10,429 nt of DNA. Source: Chlamydiia bacterium (GTDB lineage Bacteria > Chlamydiota > Chlamydiia > Chlamydiales > Parachlamydiaceae). The translations under genes were made by a program, and so were the position numbers. The stretch spans positions 1 through 10,429 of the forward strand of contig JBBSJT010000079.1 of the NCBI GenBank assembly GCA_038257035.1. Reading direction: 5' to 3'. Positions 6,733 through 10,429 of the stretch are shown one piece after another (the stretch's first letter is position 1; every line of letters begins with the position of its first letter). The notes beneath the pieces are model-generated. The model was given only the letters and a program-made list of their open reading frames with translations. It was not told the origin of the DNA and ran no database searches.

Positions 6733-7905
6733 ATGCCTACCTTCGAAGATTTAAAATTAGACCCTACTATTCTAAAAGCATTAGATAAAATGCAGTTTAA
6801 AGAGCCCTCATCGGTTCAAGCAGAAACTATACCCCTCATTTTGCAAAAAAAAGATTTAATTGCTCTTGCAAAAACGGGCTCCGGTAAAACAGCTGCGTGC
6901 GCTATTCCTATTTGTAATAATGTGAATATCGAAATTCCTCAAATACAAGCCTTAATTGTTGTTCCAACTCGTGAACTTGCATTGCAATACGCAACGGAAT
7001 CTCAAAAAATTGGAGCTGACAAAGGTGTAAGAGTTTTTGCTATTTATGGTGGTGAGGATGCCTCCATGCAACAAGCAAAGCTAAGACATGGCGTTCATGT
7101 TCTTGTGGCAACACCGGGAAGGCTTATTGACTTTATCTATTCACGCTCAATCAATTTAGAGCATGTTGAAACTTTAGTACTAGATGAAGCAGACGAAATG
7201 CTTAGCATGGGTTTTTATGAAGATCTAGAATTCATTATGCAATGTCTTGTGCAAGAGCATCAAACTCTTCTTTTTTCGGCCACTATGCCAAAAGGAATTG
7301 GAGAAATTGCTAAAAAACATATGCGCAACCCGCAGGAAATTACTTTAAATACTAAAGTTGCCATGATGCCCTCGACGGTAAAGCATTATTTTCTCTATTG
7401 CCACCACACAAGACGCGATCAGGCATTAATTGATTTAATGAGCCACTTACAGCCCCCTCAAGCGATTATTTTTTGTCATTCCAGAATCCAATGTGACAAG
7501 CTTGCAAGGTTATTGCAAAAGCAATTTAGCGGCGTTGATATCCTTCATGCAGGCTTAAGCCAAGATATGCGCACAACAATTACAAGCAAATTTAGAAGTG
7601 GCCGCGTGCGCTTTCTTGTTTGTACCGATGTTGCAGCAAGAGGGCTTGATGTATCGGGCATTACGCATGTATTTATTTACCAACTTTCCGACGACACGGA
7701 CATTTACGTGCATCGCTCAGGAAGAACAGGAAGACAGGAAAGACAAGGTTCAGTGATCACGCTTGTGACAAACAGGGAGCTTTCCAGCTTGAAAAAAGTG
7801 CTTCACCACATCAATCAAGAACCTAAGTGGATGGGTAAGCCTCCAAAGCTTGATTGGCTCTCCTCAGCACCCACAAAGCGCCCAAGGTCGCCTAAGTCCG
7901 ATTAG
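6733..7905 (+). CDS. DEAD-box ATP-dependent RNA helicase (core only, short basic tail)
   Basis: Q motif (F..PSSVQ), AKTGSGKT, PTRELA, TPGR, DEAD, SAT, ARGLD and HRSGRTGR motifs are all present. There is no C-terminal DbpA-type domain. Confidence 0.97.
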   Translation: MPTFEDLKLDPTILKALDKMQFKEPSSVQAETIPLILQKKDLIALAKTGSGKTAACAIPICNNVNIEIPQIQALIVVPTRELALQYATESQKIGADKGVRVFAIYGGEDASMQQAKLRHGVHVLVATPGRLIDFIYSRSINLEHVETLVLDEADEMLSMGFYEDLEFIMQCLVQEHQTLLFSATMPKGIGEIAKKHMRNPQEITLNTKVAMMPSTVKHYFLYCHHTRRDQALIDLMSHLQPPQAIIFCHSRIQCDKLARLLQKQFSGVDILHAGLSQDMRTTITSKFRSGRVRFLVCTDVAARGLDVSGITHVFIYQLSDDTDIYVHRSGRTGRQERQGSVITLVTNRELSSLKKVLHHINQEPKWMGKPPKLDWLSSAPTKRPRSPKSD

Positions 7906-7934
7906 CGTATACTTTTTTACAACGGCTAATGTGG

Positions 7935-8236
7935 GACCTTTTTACCGCGAAGAGCGCGAAGAAGCGCATGCTTCGCTGCGGGAAGAAACGCGAAGAAGCG
8001 CGCTTTCGCGCGAGAAGAAGGCTGCCCGAACTTTATAGATATTAACGTTAGTGCTAAATTTTTTTACAAAAAAAATTTACAACTCACCCTCTTTGCATAT
8101 GCAAAGAGGATTAATATATATTTATCAACCTTCAAAAATCAATATTCTCTTCTTTTCCCACGCGTTAGCGCGCTTCTTCGCGCATCTTCCCGCAGCGAAG
8201 CATGCGCTTCTTCGCGCTCTTCGCGGTAAAAAGATC
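7935..8236. mobile_element. ~300-bp non-autonomous inverted-repeat element with arms built from CGCGAAGA(A)G-type units
   Basis: 7938-8010 and 8161-8233 are reverse complements over 73 bp with 4 mismatches, and the outermost 49 bp are perfect. The 150-nt AT-rich spacer holds two further palindromes. It lies between convergent genes. The repeat is certain; mobility is inferred. Confidence 0.7.
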
Positions 8237-8282
8237 AAAAAACACTTTCACTTCGCGAAGCGTATCTGTGGTAAAATTGTAT

Positions 8283-8702
8283 TTAATTCATGGAGTTGAG
8301 GAGGCTTTCAGTTTCTTCGATTTCTAAAAGAAGTTTTTCTAAAACTTTTAAAACTAGTTGAGTAGAGTTGTAGACTCCACTTAGAAGGAATACAAGTTCA
8401 AGTTTCGGCTCTGGATCTTTATTAAGCGCTACCAATGTATAAATCACGCTTCGTCCTTCAATATTCTCAGGAACGATCCAAACAACAAATTCTTCATTGA
8501 TAAGTGTGATTTTTTCAAAACTTTCGATCACTTGGAAGTAACGTGTTAATGCATGATTTGATGATTTTAATTGATGGAAATGAAGAAGGTCATGTTTTTG
8601 GAGAAATTCCAAATCCACATTGATGAAATTTTCATGGTTAAGTTCATCCAGTTTATTTATTAATACTTTAAAGCTTTTTTCAATAGTCTTTAAATTACTC
8701 AC
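8283..8702 (-). CDS. Hypothetical protein, divergent from the D-Ala-D-Ala carboxypeptidase gene
   Basis: 139-aa ORF with a GTG start, a purine-rich RBS-like sequence upstream (AAGGGG on the minus strand) and globular-protein-like composition. It fills the gap between element 2 and the carboxypeptidase gene. Confidence 0.8.
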   Translation of the reverse strand: MSNLKTIEKSFKVLINKLDELNHENFINVDLEFLQKHDLLHFHQLKSSNHALTRYFQVIESFEKITLINEEFVVWIVPENIEGRSVIYTLVALNKDPEPKLELVFLLSGVYNSTQLVLKVLEKLLLEIEETESLLNSMN

Positions 8703-8811
8703 AATAAAACCCCTTGTTATCTTTTTATTATAATAGATTTGGTAATTAATTGTTAATAATAATCTTTGTTGTAATTTTAATTTATGCGAATTTCATGCCA
8801 TTATTTTAAGT

Positions 8812-8840
8812 TTGATCTTTGAAGCAAAATCAGGTATATT
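8812..8840 (+). promoter_or_regulatory. Sigma70/sigma66-type promoter for the carboxypeptidase
   Basis: TTGATC (8812-8817), 17-nt spacer, TATATT (8835-8840). GAGGA RBS at 8856-8860. Confidence 0.5.
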
Positions 8841-8868
8841 TTGGGAAATTTAGGTGAGGAAATGAGTA

Positions 8869-10053
8869 ATGTTTTATCTAGTGACAAGTGCCTTTGCTTT
8901 ACTTTTTTGCACTCTTAGTCAGCAGCTTTTGGCAAAATCACTAACTGCCTCAGTAAATGCTGAATCTGCCATATTAATTAACGCAAAGACTGGCCATATA
9001 TTATATGAAAAAAATATTTATGAACCTCAATATCCGGCAAGTATTACAAAAGTTGCATCAGCTCTTTTTGCTTTAACTCTTAAAGGGGATAAACTTGATG
9101 AAGAGGTCATTGCAGAACAGGAAGCACTAGCCTCTATGCCGGAATCTGCCATCAGACGTTCCAATTTCACTCTACCATCACACTACGTAGAACAAGGCAG
9201 CTCACACATAGGAATCAAGAAGGGAGAAATTTTAAAATTCAGAGATTTATTCTATGGGATGTTACTAGTATCTGGAAACGATGCATCTAACGTGATTGCC
9301 CAATATTCAGCAGGTTCCATCCCTAAATTTATTGAAGAAATGAATAAATATCTAAAAACTATTGGCTGTAAAAATACCAATTTCTGCAATCCACACGGCC
9401 TGCACAACCCAAAACATCGAACAACAGCTTATGATATGGCTATTATAGCAAAAGAAGCCTTAAAGCACCCCTTTTTTGCTGAAGTTGTCAAGACTGTGCG
9501 ATTTACTAGACCAAAGACTAACAAGCAAGAGGCATCAACGCTTGTGCAATTCAATAAATTGCTAAGAACAGGGCGCTATCAGTACAGTAAAGCCACCGGT
9601 ATCAAAACTGGCTATACAAGTTTTGCGCTAAATACCTTCGTTGGTGCAGCTAGTAATGGTGAGCGATCATTAATTGTTGTTTTGCTAAAATCAAAAGAAA
9701 GAAGCGATATTTTTACAGACTCAATTAAACTTTTTGAGGCTGCTTTTAATGAAGAAAAAGTGATAAGAAAGCTCATAACTGCAGGACACCAAACATTTGC
9801 GTTAACCCATGAATCTGCCACAAAACCTATTCAAACCTATGCATCCAATGACTTTACGCTGGAGTACTACCCATCCGAAGAGCCCGAAGTCAAATCCTAT
9901 CTCAAATGGGACGCTGTAAAACTTCCTGTCAAAAAAGGCACCAAGGTGGGGGAGCTAATTATTTCCAATCTAACTGCAAAGACTCATGATAAAATAGCTC
10001 TTTTTGCGGAAGAAGATGTCGATGCCGGCTGGTTCTCCTGGTTCCGTAACTAA
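8869..10053 (+). CDS. dacC: Serine-type D-alanyl-D-alanine carboxypeptidase (peptidase S11, PBP5/6-like)
   Basis: Signal peptide, catalytic motifs PASITK (SxxK), SGN (SxN) and KTG, the NPHGL motif, a PBP5-like C-terminal region and an amphipathic terminal GWFSWFRN. Confidence 0.92.
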   Translation: MFYLVTSAFALLFCTLSQQLLAKSLTASVNAESAILINAKTGHILYEKNIYEPQYPASITKVASALFALTLKGDKLDEEVIAEQEALASMPESAIRRSNFTLPSHYVEQGSSHIGIKKGEILKFRDLFYGMLLVSGNDASNVIAQYSAGSIPKFIEEMNKYLKTIGCKNTNFCNPHGLHNPKHRTTAYDMAIIAKEALKHPFFAEVVKTVRFTRPKTNKQEASTLVQFNKLLRTGRYQYSKATGIKTGYTSFALNTFVGAASNGERSLIVVLLKSKERSDIFTDSIKLFEAAFNEEKVIRKLITAGHQTFALTHESATKPIQTYASNDFTLEYYPSEEPEVKSYLKWDAVKLPVKKGTKVGELIISNLTAKTHDKIALFAEEDVDAGWFSWFRN

Positions 10054-10181
10054 GATCTCAAGCGTTTCTTGCTAACACCGAGGCCACAGAGAAAACAAGA
10101 GAGAGGAAGAAGTGGATAGTACGTTGTCAGCCCGGTAAGTACCATATTAGAATAATTTTCTGATTTTTCTATAAAGTGTGT

Positions 10182-10351
10182 GATTTTTTCAACGCAGAGA
10201 CGCAGAGACGCAGAGACGCAGAGAAGCGCGAAAAACGACAAATTAACTCCGATTCTAAGCCACAAAAAACGGTTGACTTTTCTTGTTTTTTGCGCGCATT
10301 AGCGCGCTACTCTGCGTCTCCGCGTCTCTGCGTCTCTGCGTTGAAAAAATC
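10182..10351. mobile_element. ~170-bp inverted-repeat element with (ACGCAGAG)4 arms
   Basis: 10182-10230 and 10303-10351 are reverse complements at 47/49. ACGCAGAG x4 at 10192-10223 is mirrored by CTCTGCGT/CTCCGCGT x4 at 10310-10341. AAAGT 10173-10177 / ACTTT 10356-10360 extend the symmetry in register. Mobility is inferred. Confidence 0.7.
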
Positions 10352-10429
10352 TGAAACTTTTTTTGAGAAGAACAAATATTAACCAATATTTTGTTTTAAT
10401 TTGGGTATGCCATCTTGAAGCCTCTCTCA

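Noticed and set aside
6733..7905. Specific symbol (deaD/cshA/rhlE/dbpA) for the helicase
   Set aside because: Only the core is present and no diagnostic C-terminal domain is visible. Assignment needs a phylogeny.
7904..8265. AGCGTAT direct repeat (7904-7910 and 8259-8265) as target-site duplication of element 2
   Set aside because: Both copies lie more than 20 nt from the arm ends, and a 7-mer match can occur by chance. Revisit only if an empty site is found.
7850..8299. ORFs 7850..8038 and 8051..8299
   Set aside because: Translations of the GC-rich arms of element 2 (REEREE, ARFFAH). Both overlap real genes and have non-ATG starts.
9612..9821. 69-aa minus-strand ORF
   Set aside because: Antisense to the carboxypeptidase.
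10050..10382. ORFs 10050..10265 (-) and 10176..10382 (+)
   Set aside because: Low-complexity translations of the ACGCAGAG arms (LCVSASLRLCV, AETQRRRDAE), with no RBS.
10371..10395. AT-rich hairpin AACAAATATT-AACC-AATATTTTGTT
   Set aside because: Weak, bulged and almost all A/T. No function can be assigned without the downstream gene.

Overview
AT-rich bacterial window, most likely from an environmental (protist-infecting) member of the Chlamydiae. This is inferred from gene content, not from a search. The left part (1-4355) is a cluster of probable host-directed effectors: a 5'-truncated F-box protein whose F-box lies upstream of the ORF-track start, a possible degenerate F-box protein on the minus strand, an Inc-like protein (hydrophobic hairpin, 3x51-bp repeat, acidic LIR-like motif) and an F-box+ankyrin protein. 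The right part is housekeeping: a PgpH-like 7TM-HD phosphohydrolase, a DEAD-box RNA helicase, a hypothetical protein and an S11 D-Ala-D-Ala carboxypeptidase. The most striking non-coding signal is three GC-rich, long inverted-repeat elements, each just downstream of a gene 3' end. Element 1015-1221 has arms built from three hairpins with compensatory substitutions. Elements 7935-8236 and 10182-10351 have arms built from 8-10-nt tandem units that end in a shared GCGCG-CTWW-YGCGY cap. The last element may be nested inside an older one that runs off the window. No transposase or nuclease for these elements is in the window.
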